A stretch of DNA of 64,000 bases from Bacteroidia bacterium (GTDB taxonomy: Bacteria; Bacteroidota; Bacteroidia; Palsa-965): assembly GCA_044448685.1 (NCBI GenBank), contig JBIOHC010000002.1, forward strand, positions 14,623 through 78,622, written 5' to 3'. The notes beneath the pieces were generated by a model. The model saw only the letters and a list, made by a program, of their open reading frames with translations, did no database searches and had not been told where the DNA came from. The position numbers and the translations under genes were made by a program. The first letter of the stretch is position 1. Each line of letters starts with the position of its first letter. Below are positions 49,855 through 59,091 of the stretch, in pieces.

Positions 49855-49926
49855 TATTCTTTATTTTTTTGAGTACATTTTTCTATCAAGTCTGCATCAC
49901 TCCCCTGATTTTCCTCACCATATCCC

Positions 49927-49975
49927 TAAAAACATACGCGTGAACCCTGATTCTACCTGAATTCAGGACTCACGC
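49927..49975 (-). terminator. Intrinsic terminator downstream of hpf
   Basis: On the minus strand the stem cgcgtga...tcacgcg encloses the palindrome cctgaattcagg and is followed by 'tatgttttta'. It lies 29 nt after the hpf stop. Confidence 0.6.
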
Positions 49976-50003
49976 GCAGCAATTATAGGTATTCAGACCT
50001 TTC

Positions 50004-50303
50004 TTATACTTTTTTAGTCTTTTCCTTGTGCTTTTTTACTTGTCTTGTAAGTGCTTCAACTCCCGTATCAACAGCTTCTTCAAAGGTTTTGCACTGTTTC
50101 TTGGCAAACAAATCGCTGCCCGGTATCATCAGCCGTATTTCAGCTATCTTATTCTCCGGAATCCCCGTTTTTTCAACCTTCAGTATCACATCCCCGCTTA
50201 ATATTCCATCATGAAAATGATTGAGCTTACTCACTTTGCCCTGGATATGCTCCAACAGTTTTTTGTCTGCATCGAAATGAATGGACTGGATCTTGATTTT
50301 CAT
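50004..50303 (-). CDS. hpf: Ribosome hibernation promoting factor (HPF/RaiA, short form)
   Basis: It is 99 aa with 'IQSIHFDADKKLLEHIQGKVSKL...KVEKTG...AEIRLMIPGSDLFAKKQCKTFEEAVD', typical of the S30AE family. Confidence 0.8.
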   Translation of the reverse strand: MKIKIQSIHFDADKKLLEHIQGKVSKLNHFHDGILSGDVILKVEKTGIPENKIAEIRLMIPGSDLFAKKQCKTFEEAVDTGVEALTRQVKKHKEKTKKV

Positions 50304-50363
50304 AGTGCCTCCTTTTTAAGGTAATTACAAATTTCAGTGAATTTTAGTCGAATCTGTGCTATA

Positions 50364-51257
50364 CTATGCTTTGGGATGAGCCTGCTTGTGGACGTTCTTT
50401 AATTTTTCGATTGAATTATGCGTGTAAATCTGTGTTGCGGAAAGATTTGCATGGCCCAGTATTTCTTTGATCGCATTCAGATCTGCACCGTTATTAAGCA
50501 TATGTGTTGCAAATGTATGCCTAAGTACATGCGGACTTCTTTTATCCAGCGTTGTTACCATACCAAGGTAGAAATTAATCATACTATATACAAAATTCGC
50601 ATCCAGTTTTTTCCCGTTTTCATGAACAAATAAAAACTCTTCTTTATCCAGAGCTTCTACTTTTTTCCGGAGTTTCAGGAAGGCTTCAATCCCCTCTTTC
50701 AGCGTATTACCCATGGGTACCATTCTTTCCTTACTCCTTTTCCCTAAGACTTTTAAGCTGGAACGATAAAAGTCCACATCTTTGATTTTCAGATTAATAA
50801 GCTCCGCTCTCCGCATTCCGGTATCATAAAACAATTCTACTATGAGCTTTTTCATGACCCCTTCATAGTCCTGCCCGAAATCAACCTTCGTTAGCAAATC
50901 ATCCATCTTATCTTCTTCCACAAAAACAGGTAGCCGGGAAGGTGTTTTTGGTCCCTGTATACGCAACATGGGGTTTATCTTGACCTTTCCCTGTCTCATC
51001 AGGTATTTAAAAAAACTACGGATAGCTGTTATTTTCCGGTTCACAGAACGGGCTTCAATGCCATGTTCCATCAGGTGAACGACCCAGGAACGGATCATGA
51101 TATGTGTAGCTTCTTCCGGAACAGAATGCTCAAAATCCTTTTCCAGAAATACGCAGAACTGGGCCAGATCACTTTGGTAAGCGCTTACCGTATGGGGAGA
51201 ATACCGCTTTTCGAAACGGAGATAGTCAAGGAAGGATTCAATGGCCGGATAGGGCAT
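50364..51257 (-). CDS. Tyrosine-type site-specific recombinase (XerC/XerD-like)
   Basis: An N-terminal SAM-like domain and a C-terminal catalytic domain carry the R...HxxR...Y signature ('HVLRHTFATHML', 'LGHANLSATQIYTH'). Confidence 0.8.
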   Translation of the reverse strand: MPYPAIESFLDYLRFEKRYSPHTVSAYQSDLAQFCVFLEKDFEHSVPEEATHIMIRSWVVHLMEHGIEARSVNRKITAIRSFFKYLMRQGKVKINPMLRIQGPKTPSRLPVFVEEDKMDDLLTKVDFGQDYEGVMKKLIVELFYDTGMRRAELINLKIKDVDFYRSSLKVLGKRSKERMVPMGNTLKEGIEAFLKLRKKVEALDKEEFLFVHENGKKLDANFVYSMINFYLGMVTTLDKRSPHVLRHTFATHMLNNGADLNAIKEILGHANLSATQIYTHNSIEKLKNVHKQAHPKA

Positions 51258-51332
51258 AAAAAAACCTGTATTTATACATAAAGATAGCTCTTCGGGTGTG
51301 TAAATACAGGTCTGGGTGCAGAATAATTCTGC

Positions 51333-51524
51333 TTATTCTTCTTCGCGCTGAAGAGTCTCTTTGTAGATAGCCTTCTTAATCACTTCCCTTCTGCGAACAG
51401 AGGGTTTGGTGAATTTCTGCCGCTCACGCAACTCACGTACAACGCCAGTTTTCTCGAATTTCTTCTTGAATTTCTTAAGAGCTTTTTCTACTGATTCTCC
51501 TTCTTTAACCGGAACTATGATCAT
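51333..51524 (-). CDS. rpsU: 30S ribosomal protein S21
   Basis: It is 63 aa with 'VKEGESVEKALKKFKKKFEKTGVVRELRERQKFTKPSVRRR'. Confidence 0.9.
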   Translation of the reverse strand: MIIVPVKEGESVEKALKKFKKKFEKTGVVRELRERQKFTKPSVRRREVIKKAIYKETLQREEE

Positions 51525-51616
51525 GTCTTTCGCTTTAAAATTTCTTTTTACAGGGAGGCAAATGTAGGAATTTTTGATTAAAGGACAAATATTTTTTGAA
51601 CATTCTGATTCTTAAA

Positions 51617-51677
51617 GGCGGTATCAGGAGGCAGCGGCTGGAGCTGGAGCTGGAGGCAGGAGGCGGAATGAGGCGGA
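51617..51677. repeat. GC-rich purine-rich microsatellite-like tract (GGAGCT/GGAGG units)
   Basis: The tract 'ggcggtatcaggaggcagcggctggagctggagctggaggcaggaggcggaatgaggcgga' is compositionally atypical for the surrounding AT-rich intergenic DNA. Confidence 0.6.
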
Positions 51678-51740
51678 TTTGTCATTCCGAGCTAGATTGG
51701 GGCGGAACCTGAGCAAGCTCCAGCGAGGAATCTCCTTGGA
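51678..51740 (+). repeat. Copy A of a short (about 60 bp) dispersed repeat with termini TTGTCATTCYGAGC...GCGARGAATCTCCTTGG
   Basis: Copy A 'tttgtcattccgagctagattggggcggaacctgagcaagctccagcgaggaatctccttgg' and the reverse complement of copy B at 52335-52397 share about 15-nt and 17-nt termini around a variable 30-nt core. Confidence 0.65.
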
Positions 51741-51797
51741 TTTGCAATTAAGTGGACCTAAGCTAAATCAAGAAATACCCTGAAACTCAGCAAATCG

Positions 51798-52160
51798 CTA
51801 TTTCTTATTGATCGTATCAATCAAATGTCCAAGGAAATCGAAGGCTGTTAAATTTGCCCATTTACCTTCTTCGTTGAACTTTAGTGCAAGTTTGATAAAA
51901 TTATCTTTTCCCTTCCAATCCTTAATATTGGTTCTATCCAAAGTAAAAAAATTGAATCTGAACAGTTCTTCATTCTCATCGGAAGTTAGAACAGAAAAAA
52001 ACAACCAATCATGTGGATTGGTAATTTTATTACCACCAGCATCACATCTTTTCATTTTGAGATGGCTATAACATATGCTTGCCAGCCCCATAGCTTTCTT
52101 GCCTAAAGTGGATTCATCTAAACATTTTTGATGAAAAGCTGCATCATTAAATGGATACAA
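51798..52160 (-). CDS. Hypothetical 120-aa protein with no recognisable family, flanked by the inverted repeat copies
   Basis: It is a clean ORF with a plausible start and contains 'CDAGGNKITNPHDWLFFSVL'. The coding assignment is tentative. Confidence 0.35.
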   Translation of the reverse strand: MYPFNDAAFHQKCLDESTLGKKAMGLASICYSHLKMKRCDAGGNKITNPHDWLFFSVLTSDENEELFRFNFFTLDRTNIKDWKGKDNFIKLALKFNEEGKWANLTAFDFLGHLIDTINKK

Positions 52161-52334
52161 TAAATCCTTTGTGTTGCTTATAAATGCCGGGAATCCATAA
52201 TGGGCTTTCCCGTTCTAATGATTTGATTACATAATGGACACTCGCTCTGATCCAATAATAGAATGGCCATTAAGATGCATTGGTTTTGATATCAAACCCC
52301 GAAGGGGTGGCACAAACAAGTCTGGAATGGCTTT

Positions 52335-52397
52335 ACCAAGGAGATTCTTCGCGACTGCCCTCACGCTACCCAGCCCCAAGGCCGCTCAGAATGACAA
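52335..52397 (-). repeat. Copy B (inverted orientation) of the about 60-bp dispersed repeat
   Basis: The reverse complement reads 'tttgtcattctgagcggccttggggctgggtagcgtgagggcagtcgcgaagaatctccttgg'. Confidence 0.65.
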
Positions 52398-52430
52398 ATC
52401 AACACTATCCTGGCTACTGATTACCGGCTA

Positions 52431-53570
52431 TTACTTCAGTATTTCTCTGGATATAACGAGTTTTTGTATCTCCGACGTTCCTTCCCCAATCGTACACAGC
52501 TTACTGTCCCTGTAATATTTCTCAACCGGAAAGTCTTTGGTATAACCATACCCACCGAAAATCTGAACGGCATCGGTGGATACCCTGACGGCAACTTCGG
52601 ATGAATAATATTTGGCAAATGCTCCTTCCTTGGTCACTTTCTCTCCCCTGTTTTTCAGGTCGGCGGCTTTGTAAGTGAGCAATTCGGCTGCTTCTATTTC
52701 AGTGGCCATATCAGCCAGTTTAAAGGCAATAGCCTGGAACTGGGCAATGGGTTTTCCGAACTGTTCCCGCTCCTTGGCATATTTTACAGAAGCATCATAA
52801 GCTCCTTTGGCAATACCGACACCAAGTGATGCAATGGAAATCCGTCCACCATCAAGCACCTTCATAGCCTGCACAAATCCATCTCCTACCTTGCCCATGA
52901 TCTGGCTCTTGTGTACGCGGCAGGTATCGAAAATCAGTTCTGTTGTCTCCGAAGCCCTCATACCGAGCTTATTTTCTTTTCTTCCGGAAGTAAAGCCGGG
53001 AGTTCCTTTTTCAATAATGAAGGAAGTCATCCCGTGTGAATCTCCTTTTTTCCCGGTACGGGCTATGACAACAGCCACATTGCCCGATTTACCGTGGGTG
53101 ATAAAATTTTTGGAACCATTGATTACGTAATAATCTCCGTCTTCAACGGCTGTGGTATTCATTCCTCCTGAATCCGAACCTGTACCCACTTCGGTGAGGC
53201 CCCAGGCTCCTATCCACTCAGCTGTTGCAAGCTTAGGGAGGTATTTCTTTTTCTGTTCCTCATTACCGAAAGTAAGAATATGACCTGTACATAATGAATT
53301 ATGTGCAGCCATGGAAAGGCCTATAGAGCCACAGATTCGTGATAGTTCAACAATGGCTGTTACATATTCTGTATAACCAAAGCCGGAGCCGCCATATTCA
53401 GCAGGGACCAGCACTCCCATAAGTCCGAGCTCCCCAAGTTTTTTAAACACCTCGATAGGGAAAGTCTGGGCTTCATCCCATTCCATCATTTTTGGGCGTA
53501 TATGTTCTTCTCCGAATTTTCGGATCATATCGGCAATCATGACCTGGTTCTCGCTTTGCGTAAAATTCAT
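52431..53570 (-). CDS. Acyl-CoA dehydrogenase (short/branched-chain type)
   Basis: The 379-aa product has the ACAD N-terminal helical domain, beta-barrel domain and C-terminal helical domain, with '[18 protein letters not shown]' near the C-terminus. Confidence 0.85.
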   Translation of the reverse strand: MNFTQSENQVMIADMIRKFGEEHIRPKMMEWDEAQTFPIEVFKKLGELGLMGVLVPAEYGGSGFGYTEYVTAIVELSRICGSIGLSMAAHNSLCTGHILTFGNEEQKKKYLPKLATAEWIGAWGLTEVGTGSDSGGMNTTAVEDGDYYVINGSKNFITHGKSGNVAVVIARTGKKGDSHGMTSFIIEKGTPGFTSGRKENKLGMRASETTELIFDTCRVHKSQIMGKVGDGFVQAMKVLDGGRISIASLGVGIAKGAYDASVKYAKEREQFGKPIAQFQAIAFKLADMATEIEAAELLTYKAADLKNRGEKVTKEGAFAKYYSSEVAVRVSTDAVQIFGGYGYTKDFPVEKYYRDSKLCTIGEGTSEIQKLVISREILK

Positions 53571-53587
53571 GGGTGTGTGATTATATC

Positions 53588-54154
53588 TTAAAAGTGAATA
53601 AGGCTTGTAATCTGTGAGGATAGTCCGTTTATTTTTTCTCTTCCTCTCAGAAAATCCAGTTCTATAACAAATGCAAAACCGGCAACGTTACCGCTTTGTT
53701 TCTGTATCAATTCAGCAGCAGCAGCGGTTGTACCTCCTGTTGCCAGCAGATCATCATGAATAAGTACATTCCATCCTTTGCGAACAGAGCCTTCCTGCAT
53801 TTCAATTTTGGCTGTTCCGTATTCAAGGGCATATTCTGCTCCTATTGTCTTGCCCGGAAGCTTACCGGCTTTACGTATCAGAATAAATGGCTTTCCCATT
53901 TTCTGCGCCAGCAAAAAACCAAACAAAAAACCCCTGCTTTCTATACCTGCTATGGCATCGAACGCAATACCTTTCAGGCTGTTTTCGAATTCAGCGACTA
54001 TGGCATTGCAAAGCTCATTATTTTCCAGTACGGGGGTAATGTCTTTAAAAACAATACCCTGTTTAGGGAAATCATGAATATCCCTGATTGTGTTCTTTAA
54101 ATCGTCGGCCAGCATATTTTGTATTCGGGAAGCAAAGATAATTATTGGATTCAT
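53588..54154 (-). CDS. apt: Adenine phosphoribosyltransferase
   Basis: The PRPP motif 'VLIHDDLLATGGT' and 'DFPKQGIVFKDITPVL' are present. The likely start is MLADDL at 54115. Confidence 0.85.
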   Translation of the reverse strand: MNPIIIFASRIQNMLADDLKNTIRDIHDFPKQGIVFKDITPVLENNELCNAIVAEFENSLKGIAFDAIAGIESRGFLFGFLLAQKMGKPFILIRKAGKLPGKTIGAEYALEYGTAKIEMQEGSVRKGWNVLIHDDLLATGGTTAAAAELIQKQSGNVAGFAFVIELDFLRGREKINGLSSQITSLIHF

Positions 54155-55071
54155 TCAAAGCTTAGGTAGGGTTTTATTCTCCGTATTAAATCTTCATCAG
54201 CCAATTCAATGGCTTTCACATCTTCAATGGATTTATACCGGCCATGACGGGCTCTGTAATTCACGATGGCTCTGGCCATATTCCAGCGTATATAGGGATG
54301 TTTTTTCAACTCGTCCAGGCTGGCAGTATTGATCTTGATTGTACTTAACTCTTTAGTTTCAAGGAGTATATAAGACTCCATACACTGATATCGGGCTTCA
54401 TCCATTCCGAAAACCTCCTGTAACTGTTCCTTCCAGGCGAATCCTCCCAGCCTGTTTCTGTATTGAATGATACGTGAGGCAAAAGCAGGGCCTATACAAG
54501 GTACTTTAAGCAGTCCTGCCGAATCGGTCTTGTTCAGATCCAGTACTTCTCCGGGCTTGAGCTTGAGGTTAAAAGCTTTGTGGGCATAAAGAGTATCAGG
54601 TCGGTTTTTGTTTGCATTGAAGGTATCCTCTGGAATTTTTACCCAAGGTTCCAGCAGGGAATCCTGGGCAGGGCTCAGACCATACAATTTTTTAAGATCC
54701 CCGGGCTTACGGAACCGTCCTCCCTTCTCACAATAGTGAATAACAATACGGGTCTGCTTTTCACTGAGGCCCAGCAGCATCCATTCCTTTGCTCCTATTG
54801 TATTGGGGTTGAAATAAAAATAGCGGATCTGTTGTCTAAGCTGTTTCGATTCAGGATATACCGTATGGCTGGAATAGGAAGCGGCATACCCCGTATCAGA
54901 GTGGGAGTCAAATGTCAGCACTTTCCAGGCAGCCTTCTGAGGGTCGGACAAAGTACTTGTTTGAAGATATCCGCTCAGACAGGAAACAATACTCAGCAGA
55001 AATACCAGGAAGAGGATCCCGTTTCTTTCCCGCCGGTTGAACAGAAAATAATCGCGTAAAAATTGTTTCAT
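54151..55071 (-). CDS. ComEA-like helix-hairpin-helix DNA-binding protein (membrane anchored)
   Basis: An N-terminal TM segment is followed by two HhH-type segments ('LLKVPCIGPAFASRIIQYRNRLGGF', 'KINTASLDELKKHPYIRWNMARAIVNYRARHGRY'). Confidence 0.6.
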   Translation of the reverse strand: MKQFLRDYFLFNRRERNGILFLVFLLSIVSCLSGYLQTSTLSDPQKAAWKVLTFDSHSDTGYAASYSSHTVYPESKQLRQQIRYFYFNPNTIGAKEWMLLGLSEKQTRIVIHYCEKGGRFRKPGDLKKLYGLSPAQDSLLEPWVKIPEDTFNANKNRPDTLYAHKAFNLKLKPGEVLDLNKTDSAGLLKVPCIGPAFASRIIQYRNRLGGFAWKEQLQEVFGMDEARYQCMESYILLETKELSTIKINTASLDELKKHPYIRWNMARAIVNYRARHGRYKSIEDVKAIELADEDLIRRIKPYLSFE

Positions 55072-55135
55072 TGCTTCCCAAATTGATATGCGGGGAGTTA
55101 CTCAGGAAACGTAATTTGCGCAAATCAAAATGTGT

Positions 55136-56599
55136 TCATTTTTTTGTTTCGGGCGGGTTCACGGACTTAACGATGAAATAAACCGGAATTCCAAGCGACA
55201 CGATAGCCAAACCGGCTCCGGCATTGACGGGTTGATAAATGAGGAGGTCTATACAGATGGCACTTGTTATCAGGATATACAAAGCAGGTATAAGGGGGTA
55301 ACCAAATGCCTTGTAAGGACGTTCGGCATCGGGTTCTTTTTTCCGGAGTACGAACACACCTGCAATGGTGAGTATGTAAAAAAGCAGGGAGGCGAAGGTA
55401 GAATAGGTCAACAAAGCCCCATATGTCCCTGAAAGACAGAGAATACACGCCCAGACACATTGTATCCAAAGACCGAAGGAAGGGACCTGTCTGTCATTCA
55501 GTTTTCCTGCCCGGCGAAAGAAAAGCCCGTCTGCTGCCATGGCATAATACAACCTGGCTCCTGCCAGAATGATACCATTCATACATCCGAAGGTGGAAAT
55601 CATGATCAGGGCCGCCATAATGATGGAACCCGTATTCCCGAAAATAACGGAAGCAGCAGCAGCTCCTACTCTGTCGGCAGCGGCAAAAGAAATACCTTGC
55701 CCGTGTACATCCGTAGCAGTCGGGCTTCCATGCAATGGGATCAGGGCCAGGTAAGCCACATTAGCCAGGATATAAATAATGGTGACGATAAACGTTCCAA
55801 GAAATAAACTCCGGGGTATATTTTTTTTCGGATCCTTTATTTCGGCAGCGATGAATGTCACATTATTCCAGGCATCACTTGAGAAAAGTGAATTGATAAT
55901 GGTTGCACCCATTACTCCCAGCAATGCCAGGCCGGTAAGGGGAATGGTTTGCCATTGACCTGTCACTTCATTCTTAAAAGTATTTGTTGCATTCCACAGG
56001 TGCTGGAAATTATCTGAAAGGGTGGAGCTTTTAAGGCCGATTGCAAGGCCAAGTACAATAAGAGCGAGTAAGGCAAAAAGTTTGGCCGATGTAAATACAA
56101 GTTGTATGCGTTTTCCGTTCTTCACCCCTCGGCTGTTTACATACGTGAGGCCAACAACTACGAGTATGGCCAATACTTGTTTCCCTGCAATGACAAAAGA
56201 ACCCATATGGAACAGCTCCGTATTGAGTTCCGGAAAGAAAACAGCGGTATAATTTGCAAAGACGGTGGCTACAGCAGCAATCACCCCGGTCTGAATAACC
56301 GTGAATACCGTCCAGCCATACATAAAAGACAACAATGGGCTGAAAGCCCTGCGAATGTATACGTACTGCCCGCCGGCATTCGGCATCATACCGGCCAGTT
56401 CACCATAACTAAGAGCAGCGGAAACTGTAATGAGTCCGGTAATGATCCAGACCAGCAGCAGATAACCGGATGAGCCCAGATCACGGGCCATGAAGGAAGT
56501 AACGACAAAGATTCCGGAGCCAATCATGGAACCCGCTACAATGCTGGTTGCATCAAGCAGGCCAAGGGTACGTTTAATGCCGGAGTCTTGTTCGCTCAA
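55136..56599 (-). CDS. APC-superfamily amino-acid permease
   Basis: The 487-aa product has about 12 predicted TM helices and the APC N-terminal consensus 'RTLGLLDATSIVAGSMIGSGIFV'. Confidence 0.8.
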   Translation of the reverse strand: MSEQDSGIKRTLGLLDATSIVAGSMIGSGIFVVTSFMARDLGSSGYLLLVWIITGLITVSAALSYGELAGMMPNAGGQYVYIRRAFSPLLSFMYGWTVFTVIQTGVIAAVATVFANYTAVFFPELNTELFHMGSFVIAGKQVLAILVVVGLTYVNSRGVKNGKRIQLVFTSAKLFALLALIVLGLAIGLKSSTLSDNFQHLWNATNTFKNEVTGQWQTIPLTGLALLGVMGATIINSLFSSDAWNNVTFIAAEIKDPKKNIPRSLFLGTFIVTIIYILANVAYLALIPLHGSPTATDVHGQGISFAAADRVGAAAASVIFGNTGSIIMAALIMISTFGCMNGIILAGARLYYAMAADGLFFRRAGKLNDRQVPSFGLWIQCVWACILCLSGTYGALLTYSTFASLLFYILTIAGVFVLRKKEPDAERPYKAFGYPLIPALYILITSAICIDLLIYQPVNAGAGLAIVSLGIPVYFIVKSVNPPETKK

Positions 56600-58081
56600 T
56601 TAATCTTTCTTGGGATGCATATGACTGTTTCTTCTGCTATAGGCAAAATAAACGATCAGACCGATAGTACTCCAGATCAGGAAAGCCCTCCAGGTATCCT
56701 GTCGAACGCGTGTCATTAAGAAAACATTGAAGCCCATACCAAGGGTCGCAACAACAGGTAATAATGGAGCTTTATACGGACGGGGAAGTTCCGGATGCTT
56801 AACCCGTAAGATCCATACAGCGCCGCAGATCATGGCAAATGCAAGCAGGGTACCCATGCTGCACATTTCCGAAACCTTATCAATGGGGGTTACAGCCGCA
56901 ACGATAGATACGATGAATCCAACCAATATAGTGCTCTTATAGGGTGTTTTGAATTTAGGGTGTATGGCTCCGAACAATTTTTTAGGTAACAAACCGTCTT
57001 TAGCCATTCCAAGGAAAATACGGGTTTGCCCCAGCATCATCACCAGCATAACCGAAGTAAGACCAGCTACAGCGGCAATCGTAATCAGGTATACGGCCCA
57101 GGTTAATCCTGCACTGGCAAAAGCAGAAGCTACAGGTGCCCTCATATCAAGCTGGTCGTACTTGACCATCCCTGTTAACACCAGAGAAACCAGGATATAT
57201 AAGGTAGTACAAATAAGCAGAGAAGCTATAATTGCAAAGGGTACATCCTTTTTAGGATTAATGGCCTCCCCGGCCTGTGTAGAAACAGCGTCAAAACCTA
57301 TATAGGCAAAGAAAACAATCGTTGCCGCCGTAATAACTCCGTTCCATCCGAAATGACCTTGTCCTTTGGCATCAATTACTTCCTGGGGAACAAAGGGATG
57401 CCAGTTATGTACATCTACATAAAAAGCTCCGCAAATAATGACAAATACCACTACCGCCAGTTTCAGAATTACAATCATGTTGTTGGTGCTGGCTGCCTCC
57501 TTGATTCCTTTTACAAGAATGGCTGTCACCACCCAAACAATAAGTAAAGCAGGAAGATTGAATGCAAACGAATATTCCGGTACAGCCTGGCCCGAAGCGG
57601 CCATCTGCTTCACTTTTTCAGATAACGTATAGGGATCATTGGTTAACCAAACGGGAAGATTGATGTGGAATAAATGGAGCAATTTGTCAAAATACCCCGA
57701 CCAGCTTACCGCTACCGTTGTGGCACCCATCATGTATTCCAGAATCAGGTTCCAGCCGATAAACCAGGCAAAAATTTCACCGATGGTTCCGTACGAATAG
57801 GCATAGGCCGACCCTTCAACAGGCAGCACAGAAGCAAACTCGGCATAACAGAGGGATGCAAAGGTGCATCCGATACCGGCAATGACAAAGGCAATGGCCA
57901 GTGCCGGTCCGGCATATTCATGAGCAGCAATACCCGTTAAGGTAAAAATACCGCCTCCAATGATGGCTCCGATTCCGAGTGAAGTTAATCCCCTTTTGGT
58001 GAGAACCCTGTTGAGCTGACTTACTTTCATGTCCGCCTCGAACATGGCTATTGTTTTCTTGCGCCAAATGCTTTTCGACAT
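56600..58081 (-). CDS. APC-superfamily amino-acid permease (tandem paralog)
   Basis: It is 493 aa with 'LTSLGIGAIIGGGIFTLTGIAA', the same fold as its neighbour. Its stop abuts the neighbour's start with no gap. Confidence 0.8.
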   Translation of the reverse strand: MSKSIWRKKTIAMFEADMKVSQLNRVLTKRGLTSLGIGAIIGGGIFTLTGIAAHEYAGPALAIAFVIAGIGCTFASLCYAEFASVLPVEGSAYAYSYGTIGEIFAWFIGWNLILEYMMGATTVAVSWSGYFDKLLHLFHINLPVWLTNDPYTLSEKVKQMAASGQAVPEYSFAFNLPALLIVWVVTAILVKGIKEAASTNNMIVILKLAVVVFVIICGAFYVDVHNWHPFVPQEVIDAKGQGHFGWNGVITAATIVFFAYIGFDAVSTQAGEAINPKKDVPFAIIASLLICTTLYILVSLVLTGMVKYDQLDMRAPVASAFASAGLTWAVYLITIAAVAGLTSVMLVMMLGQTRIFLGMAKDGLLPKKLFGAIHPKFKTPYKSTILVGFIVSIVAAVTPIDKVSEMCSMGTLLAFAMICGAVWILRVKHPELPRPYKAPLLPVVATLGMGFNVFLMTRVRQDTWRAFLIWSTIGLIVYFAYSRRNSHMHPKKD

Positions 58082-58144
58082 AGATATTCCTGGTATTCGT
58101 TAATTTCCCAAATATAGCCTAAGTTTCCAATACAGTGAATTCAA

Positions 58145-59074
58145 TTAAGAAACAAGGGCAGTTTTGAGTTCTTTATCTACTACAGCAAGGCCCTCTATAA
58201 ATGTATGCGGCTTATACCCCAGATCCTTCCTGGCTTTGTCAAGAATAAAACCTGTACGGGCAGGTCTTTTTGCAGCCTGGTTCAGGGTATCTGATTTGAT
58301 AGGATTGATCAGATTACGATCCAGCTTCCAGAAATCTGCTACCTGATAAACAAGATCCAGCACACTGAAAGTCTCCGGTCCGCTGAGGTTATAAATTCCG
58401 GTTGCACACTTATCGGCTATGGCAATACAACCTGCAGCCAGATCTTCAGAGAGCGTAGGAGCACGGAATTGATCATCCACCACATTGATCTTTTGTCCTT
58501 TGCCAAGTGCATCTTTAGCCCAGAGTACCAGGTTTGAACGGCTCATATTATCGACCAGTCCGTATACAATAATTGTTCGTGCAATGGCCCATTTAAGCTT
58601 GCTTGCCTCAACAATTTTTTCCGATTCCAGTTTGGACCAGGCATAATAGCTCAAAGGGTTTGGCTTGTCTTCTTCCTTATAGGGACCTGCCAGTCCGTCG
58701 AAAATAAAATCCGTGGAAAGATGTATGAGATGGGAAGCGGGTAAATTCTGTTCCATTACCTGAACAATATAACGCACGGCATCCACATTCAAGGCCAGAC
58801 ACTCTTCCTTATTCGATTCACAGGCATCCACATTGGTAAGTGCTGCTGTGTGGATCACGACATCCGGTTTGTGCCGGACAAATATTTTTTCCAGCTCTTC
58901 CTTACGGGTTATATCCAGGGCTTCATACACATACCCTGCCTTGTTTCGCATTCTGTTCTCTCCTTTGGAGGTTGCGATTGTTGTGATATCCGTTCGCTGG
59001 GAGAGTGCCTGTATCAGCTTTTGACCCAGAAGGCCGTTAGAGCCTGTTATTAGTATTGTTTTCTTTGATGACAT
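58145..59074 (-). CDS. SDR-family NAD(P)-dependent reductase, RmlD-like (dTDP-4-dehydrorhamnose reductase family)
   Basis: The Rossmann 'ILITGSNGLLG' motif and 'YAWSK' catalytic Tyr-x3-Lys are present. Confidence 0.65.
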   Translation of the reverse strand: MSSKKTILITGSNGLLGQKLIQALSQRTDITTIATSKGENRMRNKAGYVYEALDITRKEELEKIFVRHKPDVVIHTAALTNVDACESNKEECLALNVDAVRYIVQVMEQNLPASHLIHLSTDFIFDGLAGPYKEEDKPNPLSYYAWSKLESEKIVEASKLKWAIARTIIVYGLVDNMSRSNLVLWAKDALGKGQKINVVDDQFRAPTLSEDLAAGCIAIADKCATGIYNLSGPETFSVLDLVYQVADFWKLDRNLINPIKSDTLNQAAKRPARTGFILDKARKDLGYKPHTFIEGLAVVDKELKTALVS

Positions 59075-59091
59075 ACTTCTGGCTTGGTCTG

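Noticed and set aside
52234-52515. A 93-aa plus-strand ORF overlapping repeat copy B and the acyl-CoA dehydrogenase 3' end
   Set aside because: It runs through the dispersed repeat and antisense into the ACAD gene, so a coding role is unlikely.
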